Source: Octopus vulgaris (lineage: Eukaryota). Taken from it: a stretch of DNA of 64,000 bases. Location: the NCBI GenBank assembly GCA_951406725.2, contig OX597823.1, positions 88,908,001 through 88,972,000 on the forward strand. Direction: 5' to 3'. The position numbers and the translations under genes are program-made. The notes under the pieces are model-generated. The model worked only from the letters and a program-made list of their open reading frames with translations, was not told where the DNA came from and did no database searches. The first letter of the stretch is position 1; each line of letters begins with the position of its first letter. Shown one piece after another: positions 25,890 through 38,100 of the stretch.

Positions 25890-26732
25890 GCAAAAGGACA
25901 ACGGTAGAGACAAAGACGGGCACCTGAATCAGATGAAATCGGGGCAAAGCGCCTGGGCCATATGCTTCAAAATGCACGGATACGTAGACATGATTCTGTT
26001 TCTGCAACAACGGGAGAGACTGGTTAGGGTATCTCGAGAGGAGACTATTCTACTTCAAAATAATGGTGTCAAATTATTGATGCAACACTAAAGATATCTT
26101 TTCTTTGCGATCTTAATGAAGTAGAGGAATTGATAACTAATCGAAGACTTCTTACAGAAGGTCATTCTGATGAAAGAGAATTTGCTAATTACTTTCTTGA
26201 TGTAGGAAATGGTAACATTTCTGTTGAACAAAGCTTAGATGAATTCAAAGTCATACTACCCAATAACCCTTGCCTTGAAGGTGGGGCTCATTCAGATCTT
26301 TGTGATTTTGTATAAGCCGACCTCAAAAATAACTTCATAAACCCTGTGTGGCTTGCAAATAGAACCATCGTTACTCCAACAAATGAAACAGCATAATTTG
26401 TGAATGATTTTCTATTGACCACGATCCCCGGTGAGCTAAAAATATACAGAAGCTCAGATAACCAATCCAGTTCCGCAACAAACTAACGCCATCAGAATTT
26501 CCATCACACATTCTCAGACTGAACAAAAACGATGCTTAATGCTTCTGAGAAATTTAGATGCTACTAATGGACATTGAAATGGCACACTACATCGTTGAGG
26601 TTGCTTCTGGTCCTTATGCAGGATCAATTCTGTTAATCCCAAGAATACCACATGTATCACAAGGAATGGAATTTCGATTTACATTTGCACGCAATTTCCT
26701 GTCAAGCCAGCTTTCGCCTTGATGTGCAATGA
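25890..26732 (+). pseudogene. Helitron RepHel remnant (N-terminal repeat plus PIF1-family helicase C-terminal half)
   Basis: Frameshifted pieces read QR*RQRRAPESDEIGAKRL, TNRRLL..EREFANYFLDVGNG, WLANRTIVTPTNE, VNDFLLTTIPGELKIYRSSD, LMLLRNLDATNGH*NGT, LLIPRIP and QFPVKPAFAL. These are typical Helitron/PIF1 helicase motifs. Several stops and deletions. Confidence 0.9.
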
Positions 26733-26775
26733 AACAAATGTAAATACAGAACTTGTAATACGAAAAATGAAAAAC

Positions 26776-26826
<51 letters not shown>

Positions 26827-27048
26827 CACACACACACACATACACACACACACATATAATAAAATCTTTTTTCCATCTGTTTTATTAATACTGTTACCTC
26901 AACCGCCACTATGAACTTCCTCCAATCTACGGATAATAACAGGTAATCGAAACTGTGCTGGTGCTTTACTCATCATCCACTTACACATTTTGTATAATTT
27001 CTCCATTAATTATATCTATAGAGATAGATAGATAGATAGATAGATAGG

Positions 27049-27117
<69 letters not shown>

Positions 27118-27126
27118 GGATGGATG

Positions 27127-27201
<75 letters not shown>

Positions 27202-27203
<2 letters not shown>

Positions 27204-27845
27204 GTTTCTTTATTGGCCACACAGGGCTGCACACAGATGGGACAAGTTACAAGGTAGAGCTTTTCTTTTGGGGGATGAAGAGAACAAAAAACAAAAGAAA
27301 AAAAAGGGGGTGGCGTAGGTTTTCGATCAAGAGGGATTGTAAAAGTGAAGAAAAGAACAAAAACAAAAAAAAATTGAATAAAATAAAAGGAATAAAAAGA
27401 AAAAAAAAGAAAAGGAAAAGGAACAAAAGGAAAGAGAAATGAAAGAAGAAGAAAAAAAGGGGAAGAGGAAAAAAAGAACGATCAATAGGGATCGTGTATC
27501 ACAGTGTTATGATATATGGTGTAAAGGGGAAAGCAAGTAAGGTTTATCCGTGGGAAGAAAAGCCTACGAAAAAGACCACGGTAACCTTGGTCAATATTGT
27601 TATATGTTACCACATTTGTTTGCAAGTGGGTAACCCTCTGTTTTCAATTTCTGGGTTCATAGGATTATGCTCAAGGTGGCTTCGTCATTCATACGTGCCA
27701 TCCTTGCTACATTCATCCATCTTTTTTTAAAACATTCGCTAGACAAAACTTGCCTCTCTACTCTCACTTTCCTTTTCAAGTGGTACGGAAAGTGAGAGTA
27801 GAGAGGTAAGTTTTGTCTAGCGAATGTTTTAAAAAAGATGGGTGA

Positions 27846-27847
<2 letters not shown>
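27202..27847 (-). mobile_element. 5'-truncated Tx1/L1-type LINE 3' end with a fold-back 5' end, inserted in (GATA)n
   Basis: Minus strand encodes YHLKRKVRVERQVLSSECFKKRWMNVARMARMNDEATLSIIL-stop (F..RW C-terminal motif), then a T-rich UTR, AATAAA (27209-27214) and a (TATC)n tail. 27711-27772 is inverted at 27787-27847. Confidence 0.7.
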
Positions 27848-27916
<69 letters not shown>

Positions 27917-27920
27917 TCTA

Positions 27921-28122
27921 CGAGAGTAAGCACATAAATGAGAAACAAGGTGGAAAAATTAGTACTCGAATACCAGAGTTAGAGTAATATGCTTTACTAA
28001 AAAACAGCAAAAATATCACAAAAACTGTTACTCGGAGTTTCACGTTTCCGTTCGTCGGACAGTTTTGTTTGAACGGGAACGTGAAACTCTGAGTAACAGT
28101 TTTTGTGATATATTTGTTGCTC

Positions 28123-28127
<5 letters not shown>
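27921..28127 (-). mobile_element. HHR element family A with a partial inverted copy
   Basis: Reverse complement aligns with 29574-29722. About 28005-28053 is inverted at about 28071-28122. Flanked by (GATA)n and (TA)n. Confidence 0.88.
28019..28067 (-). ncRNA. Type I hammerhead ribozyme motif (CCGACGA core variant)
   Basis: Reads caaaactgt CCGACGA ACG-gaaa-CGT GAAA ctccgag TA acagtttttg. Stem II is perfect with a GNRA loop, stem I is long, and the cleavage triplet is GUA. Confidence 0.75.
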
Positions 28128-28175
<48 letters not shown>

Positions 28176-28499
28176 AGAGAGAGGGGGAGAGATGTGTATG
28201 TGTGTGTGTTTGTATGTATGTGTGTTTGTATGTACATGCATGTATCTATGCAAGAGACGCATACACTTTCTTTTACCGTCCCTCTAGAGGAAGGAAAACT
28301 GTAATGGAACACCTGCGACTTCGTTTCCATCCACTGACAAAGACTAGTTCTTTACTATATATATATACGTTATTTGGAGAGTGGGATTGGCCCTATGTAT
28401 CATGAGATCCCAAAAATCGATATAGAGGTAGAAAAGCTTATATATGTGTGTGTGCATGTGTTCGTGTGTGTATGTGTGTGTGCGTACACACACACATAA

Positions 28500-28552
<53 letters not shown>

Positions 28553-28553
28553 T

Positions 28554-28589
<36 letters not shown>

Positions 28590-28594
<5 letters not shown>

Positions 28595-28751
28595 GGGCTT
28601 CTTTCAGTTTCCGTCTACCAAATCCAGTCACAAGACTTTGGTCGGCCTAAGGCTATAGTAGAAAACACTTGCGCAAAGTGCTATACAGTGGGACTGAATC
28701 CGGAACCTTGTGGTTTGTAAGCAAGTTACTTACCACACAACCACTCCTGCG

Positions 28752-28754
<3 letters not shown>
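28590..28754 (-). mobile_element. SINE family 1, 5' half
   Basis: Minus strand reads ggcgcaggagtggttgtgtggtaagtaacttgctta..ggttccggattcagtcccactg..ggatttggtagacggaaactgaaagaagccc. Confidence 0.9.
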
Positions 28755-28790
<36 letters not shown>

Positions 28791-28829
28791 CCATCCGTGC
28801 ATACATACATACATACATGCATACATACA

Positions 28830-28860
<31 letters not shown>

Positions 28861-29402
28861 GCACACAAACGTATGTATATCTGTGTCCGTGTATTAATGA
28901 ATTTATATGCATAGATAAAATGTTCCAGTGCAAAACAATGTCAAACGTTCAGAAGTATTGAAACGGTGAAAGTTGAAAGGAAAAACAGACATACTTATTT
29001 GCAGACTATATAGAATTGTCGCGCACGCACACATGCACACAGACATACATACACACATCAGATATAAATACATCACAACATCACTTGTTAATACAACACA
29101 CACACACATACACACATGCGCGCGTAGAATTTCGTTTATGACAGAGTTGAAGCAGATGAGAGGACGTTATCCAAACTTTTGCTGACAAGGATGAAAAGAC
29201 TCCGACGGGGAGACAGATTTATTCATCAAATCCTTGATTGATGAAGCAACTGGTTAGTTAATTAGTTCAACTGCTGAACGATATTGAACAGAAGAAGTAA
29301 AATATTATCATATCGCTTGTTTCTATGGGTAAAATCACCTTCCAAAGCTAGAAAAACTATTTCCTCATAATATATCTTACAAACAAATACGAACAGGCAT
29401 GT

Positions 29403-29444
<42 letters not shown>

Positions 29445-29470
29445 TTTGTTTTAAGCAGCAGAAAATTCAA

Positions 29471-29520
29471 CAAAATCTGTTACTCTGAGTTTCTCGTTGC
29501 CGTTCATCAGACAGTTTTTG
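29471..29520 (-). ncRNA. Type I hammerhead ribozyme (minus-strand copy)
   Basis: Exact reverse complement of 29574-29623. Confidence 0.85.
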
Positions 29521-29573
29521 CTAGAATGGAACCGATATATATATATGGAATTGATATATCGGTTCCATTCTAG

Positions 29574-29623
29574 CAAAAACTGTCTGATGAACGGCAACGA
29601 GAAACTCAGAGTAACAGATTTTG
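29574..29623 (+). ncRNA. Type I hammerhead ribozyme
   Basis: Reads caaaaactgt CTGATGA a-cg-gcaa-cg-a GAAA ct-cag-ag TA acagattttg. Canonical CUGAUGA and GAAA core, 9/10-bp stem I, GNRA-capped short stem II, short stem III. Predicted cleavage after GUA at 29613. Confidence 0.85.
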
Positions 29624-29719
29624 TTGAATTTTCTGCTGCTTAAAATAAAGCATATTACTCTACCACTGGTATTTGAGTACTCTTTTTTCCACCTTGTTTC
29701 ACATTTATGTGTTTACTCC

Positions 29720-29778
<59 letters not shown>

Positions 29779-29960
29779 ATGTATGTATATATATGTATAT
29801 ACATACATACATACATACATACATACATGCATACATACATGCATACATACATACATACATACATACATACATACATACATACATACATACATACATACAT
29901 ACATGCATAGATACATACATACATACATACATACATACATACATACATACATACATACAT

Positions 29961-30034
29961 AAAGGGTAAAGACCCCCTTCGGTCATGAATGACCATGGGA
30001 TTGCACCTAGAAAGTTACCCTCCTAGACACAAGT
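29961..30034 (-). mobile_element. Short 3'-end fragment of a retroposed repeat
   Basis: Minus strand reads ..ctaggtgcaatcccatggtcattcatgaccgaagggggtctttaccc, with a ggtcat/atgacc hairpin, and runs into (ATGT)n. Confidence 0.4.
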
Positions 30035-30289
30035 TTCGGTTTGGTCATTTGGCGCTAAAACCCCCTTAAAAACGAACCTAGAGAATTGAAATTATCATGT
30101 TGTATCTTAGATATAGAGCTTTCCAAAAAGGTGCCGTATGGCAAGATTAGATGAGGATCAAGTTGTACGCAACTAATTAAATTAACAAGTGAAATTAAAC
30201 ATTAGTTTTTCAATCAACGGACACTTTATTTACTGTACAAAAAGTATTAAACGAATCATATTAAATAGCATAGGTATCATGCCAAACTC

Positions 30290-31798
30290 AGATGATGATC
30301 AAGGTGTACTTCTCTGGCAGGGCCTTCTCCACAAACATCACCCTCTCAAAGTTACCATCTGACAGGATGGCTCTCATATATCTTTGCCTATAGAGAATTG
30401 GCGCTTAACTGCAGCACTGGATGGAATGGCGATGTTATACTTGGTGAACAGGTTGATCAAGTCTTGCTTAGCCAAAACGGCGACTTCAGTCCAGACGTCC
30501 TTCGCAACGACTTTCAGCCAGATCTTCACCAAGTTCTGCGCCTTGGATTTCGGTGACCTGTGGCTCTTGCTCGCCCGTAACGGAGTGATGTTGCTGAAGA
30601 AATCATCTCCCTCACCCTTATTGATGGTGGTGCTACTGCCCTTTCTATTAGTCTTCATTAGGGTATCTCTACGACAGTTTCAATGGCGCTCGTTACTCTG
30701 CTAACTGGCTGTGATTACACTGCTCTGGCCAGAACAGAAGTGGGAGGCAGCGGCCAGCTGGCATTCAGGTCTTCTAGGAGCCCAAAACATTTCGTGATGC
30801 TCTGCCAGTATCGCGTCTACCAGAGGACTGCAGTACAGGAGATGTCTGAACTTAACCTCCTTCAACTTCATGACGGTAGCTACTATAGTTGGCGGAAGAC
30901 TCCTATGATAGGTCTGGTCCTACCGCTGGATTTTATCCAAGCCTTTGGCAAAATTAGACATCGTCTAGGCGTACTCCGTCAAGAAGCCGACATCAGAATC
31001 AGTGAAAGTCTGCAGCTTCAGCTGTGCCAACACCCTGTGGACAGCTCCCGAATTTTTTCTCCAGCATGTTGTTGAGGACAACAGAGGTTTGGGTAAAGTT
31101 CTATCTGGTACTGTTAGGGACCATCAGGCACCTGTTCAGCGCAGATTCCACAGCCGGTGTGCATTGGACATGATCTTCCTGTCAGCTGACTTGAACGAAG
31201 TGCTGTCAAGAGCTTTGTCGGCATCCATGCTGGCTACACAGTTTACGGTGTGGGCTGCGCACTTCATGTACATTAGCAGGTTTAGGCCCAGGCCGCTTGA
31301 CTCCTCGAGGATGGCATCAAGAGAGATATACTCAACTTCGTCCTCATCCCCAGCTTCGGGTTGCACGTCGAGAGCCACATCCTCCATGCCTTCCACGTCC
31401 GTATCGACAGCAACCTCAGGAATGTTTGGCAAGAGTTCAACTTCTGTACCAAACTGCATAAATGCCTTAACAAAGTTTTTACCGTTGTCCGTTGTGGTCT
31501 TGATTACCTCGTCTTGCAGATGGAACTTGTAATGGGTTTCCACTATGGCCTGAGTGAGAACATCAAAGGTGTTGCAGATCCTTCAACAGACCCTTCATCT
31601 GACAGCAGACCAAGACGGCGTGTTGATTCGTGCGGGACTTGGGCTCCATCCAGTGCGCCGTCAACCCCAGGTAGAACCTGTTGTGAGCCGACCAAAAGTC
31701 CGCAGTGGTTGCCACTCAGCAATCCGTAATTTAAAAAATGTTAAATTGTAAAGAGACATAAGTTAAAAACTTAAATACACGCACTCACGCATACATAC

Positions 31799-31897
<99 letters not shown>

Positions 31898-32294
31898 GGG
31901 AAAACGAATTTCCAAATCAATCGGGTGCAACCCTTCAGAATTACATGCGTCTGCATACCTTGGGGGTCTTATTTATTATATATTTATATATTTATCTAGA
32001 AATATACAAAGTATCTAATAAAAGTCAAAAATAATTCAGTTTTGGGGCATTAATAGATATGCGGGTATACAAAAAAAATAATAACCTAATGAGTATATCT
32101 GACAGTAAACTCATGGTATCAGTTTGCACATCACGAAATAATACTTAAAAGACATAACCATTATACCAGCAGGGTATATACTATACTTCCTTAAATATCT
32201 CTTACTTTAGTTAACACGTAAATTAATTAATTATGAAGGAACTACACGTATTTCTGTATTAGGAGATTACAATATATATACATACACATAATTG

Positions 32295-32349
<55 letters not shown>

Positions 32350-32900
32350 CATATATGCAATCTCCATATTTACAATTATTCCAACACATTTTCAGGTTCT
32401 TTTCAAAATATTATAAATATAATTTTACATCGCTTTAAAAAAATAAGCAATAAAATTAAGCATTATCGATTAAACATTAAAAGTTAAAAATAAAAATTAT
32501 ACTTTGTAATATTAAGAATTAAAATTTATAAATTATACATTATAAATATAAATTAGTATATATATCAACCTTGTAAAGTCAAGTATATAATGTCAAATAC
32601 AAATTATAAGATATAAAATTATACTTCGGAATAAAAATGTCCGTGCACTACTCCCAGAAGATTGTCTGTGTTTTCCACGGGAAGCGCCGATCTTGATCCT
32701 CTCCTCCAACCAGATGGCATGCGCTGGGTGCTTCTTCTTGGTATGCGACTTCAAGTTGTAGAAACTCGCCGTTTGTCCCTTGATGGTGGTCTCTTTGGGC
32801 TGCCACATGACACACCGGAAGTAAAGGATTCTGGCGTTCCCCTTATCTCTTGACATAAGGACAAAGTAGTCCTCCTGGTGGGGCCATGGGTACTGAGACA
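30290..32900 (-). pseudogene. hAT (Ac/Tol2-like) transposase pseudogene, intron-split
   Basis: BED-finger-like YPWPH..YF..YFRCVMWQPK..ASFYNLKSHTKKKH (32640-32900). Then VATTADFWSAHNRFYLGLTAHW (about 31640-31715), TTTDNGKNFVKAF, KCAAHTVN, VPNSTR*N, LFTKYNIAIPSSAAVKRQFSIG and LSDGNFE (hATC dimerisation domain). Frameshifts and stops present. Confidence 0.92.
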
Positions 32901-33251
32901 TGATCGACCTCTGCCTCACCCACAGCCGTTGCAGGCTCCTCAACAGACCCTTCATATTTAGGCCGAACAAAACTGTCTTCACCTTCCATAACGAAAAGCG
33001 ATATCATGTTAAGCCGATAACGTGCACTGCTGTCGCTGACACTATAGGACTGTCTGTATTGTGACAACGTCGTAAGTGAACACAACTCAAAACTGTAGAA
33101 TTACACAATGCTGCCCTGTCAGCTGGTGCTGCATCGACCAATCACGTCTTATCACGTGCACACGTAGTCAGCCAATAGCGTGCCTAACGGACTCTGCGAG
33201 ATTTCCCACGACAAACAGGAATAAACATATGAATTTTGTTTGCGGATTCAG

Positions 33252-33357
33252 AGCTAGCGGAATTAAATTTAGCTGAAGCTAATTGTTCCGCTAACAGCTT
33301 CTAAGGTTAGCGAAAACGCTAATCCGTTACACGAAAATTTAGCTTCGTTAATTAGCT
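33252..33357 (-). repeat. hAT 5' subterminal region rich in GCTAA/TTAGC motifs
   Basis: Multiple gctaa, ttagc and ccgcta motifs in both orientations upstream of the transposase. No intact TIR seen. Confidence 0.65.
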
Positions 33358-33399
33358 GTTACCTGTTATACGAAGAATCTCTCTATATATAGACAGGGT

Positions 33400-33730
33400 T
33401 TTCAGGATAAATTTGACGATATCTATGTCTCCTTTTCTGAGAAACAGCTTGATGTATATTCGTAAAAAGATTTACGGCGTTGGAAATCATAAAGATGAAA
33501 GTTGTAGTTGAGAAACGGTTTATTGGAATGGAAGAGTAGAAGTCATTTGATATTGGAAAGGGGTTACCAGCATCATTATGATTCGCACCAGATATGACAA
33601 TGCCGACAATCTGTCTGTTGATACTGCTTATTGTTCTCTGAAAACTGTAAAGGCTGTAAGACTTGATATGGATTACTGTGGCGTCTGGAAAAATTTATCA
33701 AATAGAATGTAACACTACATCACCGATTTT
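33400..33730 (+). mobile_element. Possible old hAT (Tip100/ZMYM-like) fragment, possibly continuing at about 35300-35630
   Basis: Pieces KQLDVYS, VVEKRFIGMEE and IRTRYDNADNLS loosely resemble the EQ..ERF..xQxYDxAxNMS motifs. Heavily decayed. Confidence 0.35.
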
Positions 33731-33738
33731 ATATATAA

Positions 33739-35191
33739 CCAGCAGCATAGCCCGGCGTTGCCCGGGTATGTAAGATCCCCTAGTAGGCAATGACTAATCC
33801 CGATCTAGTCCTTTCCCTCTAGGGAACGAAGGCGCATGTGTAGGTTGCAATGTCTTCCCTTCACTCGAATACTTCTGTGTATACGATGTTCCTAGCTGTC
33901 CCTTTGGGCGAAAACATTAAAACATCATTGCGTCTCCCAACGCGTGAACAGCCCACGTAGAGTTGACCGTGGGCGAAGCACTCTTCGCCCAAATGTAACC
34001 CAGCGACTTGTAGCGTTTGGCCTTGGGATTTAAGCTTTTTGCGAGAGGCGCAAGGCGGTTCCCTCGTGGGTCTCGTGTGCCCTTCAAGCCCTAGCAGCCG
34101 ATGCCTTCGCCGTCCGAGGGCTGAGGAGGGTCCTTCTCTTCTTGGGTGGCATTTTGGTGGATAGCAATGTGTTTGGCAAAGGTGTAATAAAAAGGAACAT
34201 GTGGGGTAAATATCCCAAAATGTATAAAAATGTACCAAAACGGCAAAAAAGCGGGCAACAATGTGAGTGACAACACGAAAAAGTGAAAAGTGACCAAACT
34301 GAACAAACGAATGGAAAAGTTTTTTGGTGCACACGACAAAAGCGGCTTATAATAAACCAAGAGTTTGCAAGTAGCGTCCGAGGACCCTTAGGGTACGTCA
34401 AAAATTTAAGATAAAACGTTTGGAGTGGTAGTTATAAAGAAAGTTTAAACAAAAAATGTATTCGAATAACTTGCGGCTGCAGCAGCTATTATCAGAAGTG
34501 GCGTTGTTGGGGGTAAAGTCTCGAATGTAATTTTTTCCTGATAGAAATTGGTTAGGTTGAATTATTTATTTGGGAGTGTAAGAGAGTTAAATAGGTTGAG
34601 TTGCGTCCCCTAGACAGTCTGTGGTTTGTGTTTAATACACAAATCGGTTTGCTATGTGTGCCGATTTTTTACAGTAATAAAGTATGCTATTGGAATAAAA
34701 AGGGCCATATAGCTCCTTGGAGCAGACATGATGCTCGTTGTGAATTTTAAAAAAAATGTCTGCCAATTAGAGGAAGATATCGTCGAGAATATGTCATCTT
34801 GAATTTGAATGCGATTTCCCAAAATGGCATGATTTTATCGATTTTTTCTGATGGTAAGGCATTGCATGAAAAACTAACGTCAGAATTAAGTTTCTTAGGG
34901 TAACATTAAGCTTCACCATGAGTTTGGTGAAAATCGATTGGAAGTTGCGAAAACTACAACAGAAAATGTGTTGCATATAAAAAGCTTAGATTCTCGACCC
35001 CATGTCGAATTTATCGATTTTTTTCAGAACTGCGGGAACTTTTCAAAATTTTCGCTGCGTTAGTTTTGAATTATGACATTAGGCTATGTGTGTGTCAAGT
35101 TTCATCAGAATCGGTTGAAAGCCGTGGTCAGGGTGAGGGTACAACCTGACAGACACACAGACAGACAAACTGCCGTTTATATAGAGAGAGA
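33739..35191 (-). mobile_element. Internally deleted Helitron with both termini intact
   Basis: Minus strand starts A|TCTCTCTCTATATAAACGGCAG and ends with hairpin cccgggcaacgccggg plus CTGG|T. It contains a putative start MPPKKRRTLLSPRTAKASAARA joined to the helicase end KSQGQTLQVAGLHLGEECFAHGQLYVGCSRV..TARNIVYTEV. Confidence 0.93.
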
Positions 35192-38100
35192 TTCGTTTAC
35201 TTGTTTCAGCCACCGTTTTACTGCTGAGATTCTGAAATCCAGGAGCCTAACCACTAAACTACAATTGAATTATTGAGATATTACGGTATGGTTTCACCCT
35301 GTCAATAAAAATAATAAAGCTTCTGCTTGAAACACAATTCAACTTTCAAATAAAATACCACCCGAATGATATCCATTGAAACATTTGGAATGAAATGCAA
35401 TATCTGGGTATCATGTGATTTTAGCAAAAGTCAATGAATTTAAAAGAAAATGGATTTTGCGATTACAATCATGATACAAGAATGGAAAATTCGGGCTAAA
35501 ATCAAAGACCAGACTCGAAGATTTGATATTTGTAGAACTGGCCAAAGGAGATAACCATACTTATAATAAAATTTACAACATTGTGACAGACGTTTTTATT
35601 CAAAATGTTTACCATGGAATATATTCGCGAGTTCCAATGAAGTAAATACCGGCGGCTTTTATGCGAACAAAAGAAAATTGTGTGGGGTTAAATAGCGTTT
35701 TGAAATGCGTTCCTTCACGAAGTTATCACATTTTACGCAGTATAGATTAGCATTATACACTATAAAATGTGCTTTTTATAACTGCCGAGTGTCTTTCTAT
35801 GAATTTTAAGACAGTTTTAGATTGCGGGAATAATTATTCGTGATTTTATTTTAGACCTTAACAGCCCATCTCTCATGCAACTAATTTATTTGGGAAATAA
35901 TTGCAATTTCAAATATCAATATAAAAACAATTCATGAACAGAAATATTTTTTCTAGCTGACTTAACAATTACGAATACGATTTTTGCAACTTGTAATGCA
36001 TGGGTTTTGGCTCAATCTGTCAGTCTTTTCACAGTATGGAGGAGATTTTGGCCTATTATCCTATTCGACGATTTTCTTTCTAATGGTAATGATGAAGAAA
36101 ATTTTGATGGATTTCATGTTAGATAATCACAAAAGAAATAGTGCTTGCATTGGAAACAACATCCATAAAAAAGTCATTACCTTGTGTCGAGAATAAAAAT
36201 ATCGCTGATTGCATTGCAGTTAAGAACAGCATTGAATTAGCTCAAAAGCTTCCAGAGCAAGAGATAAGCGACCGTGTTGTTAACCCCCAAAAATAAGAGG
36301 CAGTAAATTGTTCCGACGAAGGTGATAATGGAAACGAAATAATTGAAAAGCTGTCTTGATCTATACTTCAGCGCTGTATAGGCACGATACTTTGTTATCA
36401 TGAACAGGATCTAGGATTCGCACATGCTTAAAGTTGAAATGGTCATGGGAAAGCGGATGTCAGAGTAATAAAATGACGTCAATAAATGCTTGGTGTGATC
36501 AACTGTATCTAAAAGTCAAACACTTGTTGAGGAATATTTAACAAAGCTTTGTAAGTTTTTAATGTTAAGTGATTTTTAAAATGAAATGTTTGTTTTTCTT
36601 ACATCTATAGTCAGTAATTACAATATGATAAACGACCATTCATCACATTCACACTAACGTGCACTCGCATGCACTTACACACACAAAAAACACACACACA
36701 TGTATACATACCTGCATGCATACGTACACACACATACTTGCATATATGTAGAATTCACTTATGTAAAGTGCTTTGTGTAAGATGCTGTATGGAAAGAGAA
36801 CAACGTATGCAATGGCTTTAAGATTAGGTTTGTGTCAAACGGCCTGCTATGCGACAATTTGTATGAGCCTCGAGCGAATTCAAAATTATTTTACAGTATC
36901 TCATTTCCGTTCATCTTTTTGTTACTTGTATTTTCATTCCTTGTTTTCTCACCTTATGAGTTGATTAAAATATAGTTATAATCCAGGACTGTGGATTGAT
37001 GGTGATGTTACAGCGCGACTACTTGACACTGGGAACCTCATGATTGTTGAACACATATATCGTTGTAATAGTAAAACCACAGGTCAGTCATTGTGGAGCA
37101 GACCTATGATCAATAAGATGCTAGCCATGATTATACCATATCTATATTAGATATTACATATTTGTCAGATACACCTTAGCATACCTTGATGGAGATTTGT
37201 CTCACAGCATCTGCATTATGACAGACTAATTCATTGTTGATAGAATGAGCGATATAGAGACAGGAAAGTATCCAGAGGGATATAAGACGATGATGCCCGC
37301 ACCAGGATTTGAACTCAGACTTTAAACAGCCGGGATATTCAGCTGTAGACAGGCTCAAGACACATTATACTAACGTAACAAATTTGAAAACAGTAATAAT
37401 TACTTTTCCAATATATTGAAAATTCAATAAAGCATGTATAGCTTAATTAATTTAAAATTAATAAACGTGAATGCATTTGTACAAATATTTCTACGTTTAT
37501 TAATCATTCAACAATGATTTTAAACGCCACATTTATTACATTCTTCTGTTGCAGAGATTAACAAAAATTTAACCTGTTGCCCTCATAATAAGACAGCTAA
37601 TACTGACAGTTATTTAATAACTCTCTTTGATGCCTTATTTAATTAATAGTAAAACACTACTTCAATGCAATGAACAGCTGACGAATTCAATTTATAAAAT
37701 TCGGTGTCATCTAATATTTCCATTTTGTTTTCCCATACTCAAAATGAAAACATTCTGTAATCTCCAATTATTGCGGTTCAAAATATCATTGGCGTGCTGG
37801 GGCACAGTCGACTAGGGGTTACTTTGTGCGGCAAAAAAATTTGGCTACATGAAACTGAATCTGGATAAAAGATTAGCAGATTAGTATTAGCATCACATAG
37901 TTAGGAGTTCTTTATATTTCTTTTTGTTCTCTTTTCGTACCTTTAGTATTGTCGCATTCCTACCATTTTCGAGGGATTGTTTTTCCTAGTTTCTCCACCT
38001 TCTGGAGATTAGCGCAAAAACACCTCTTATACCAGATTGTATTTACAAATTATAGTCACCGTCTTCTAAGAAATGTTCGGTTACATACAGATTAACTGAA

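Larger units (their letters stand above)
29441..29722 (+). mobile_element. HHR element family A forming a near-perfect 100-bp-arm palindrome within (TA)n
   Basis: Arms 29441-29540 and 29554-29653 are reverse complements, with two mismatches at the outer end. The right arm continues past AATAAA to 29722. Confidence 0.92.

Noticed and set aside
30384-31729. Plus-strand ORFs of 106-176 aa
   Set aside because: Antisense shadows of the GC-rich hAT transposase on the minus strand.
35984-36430. pogo-like acidic C-terminus (NDEENFDGF) and adjacent hAT-like decayed sequence
   Set aside because: Fragments are too short and decayed to assign by eye.
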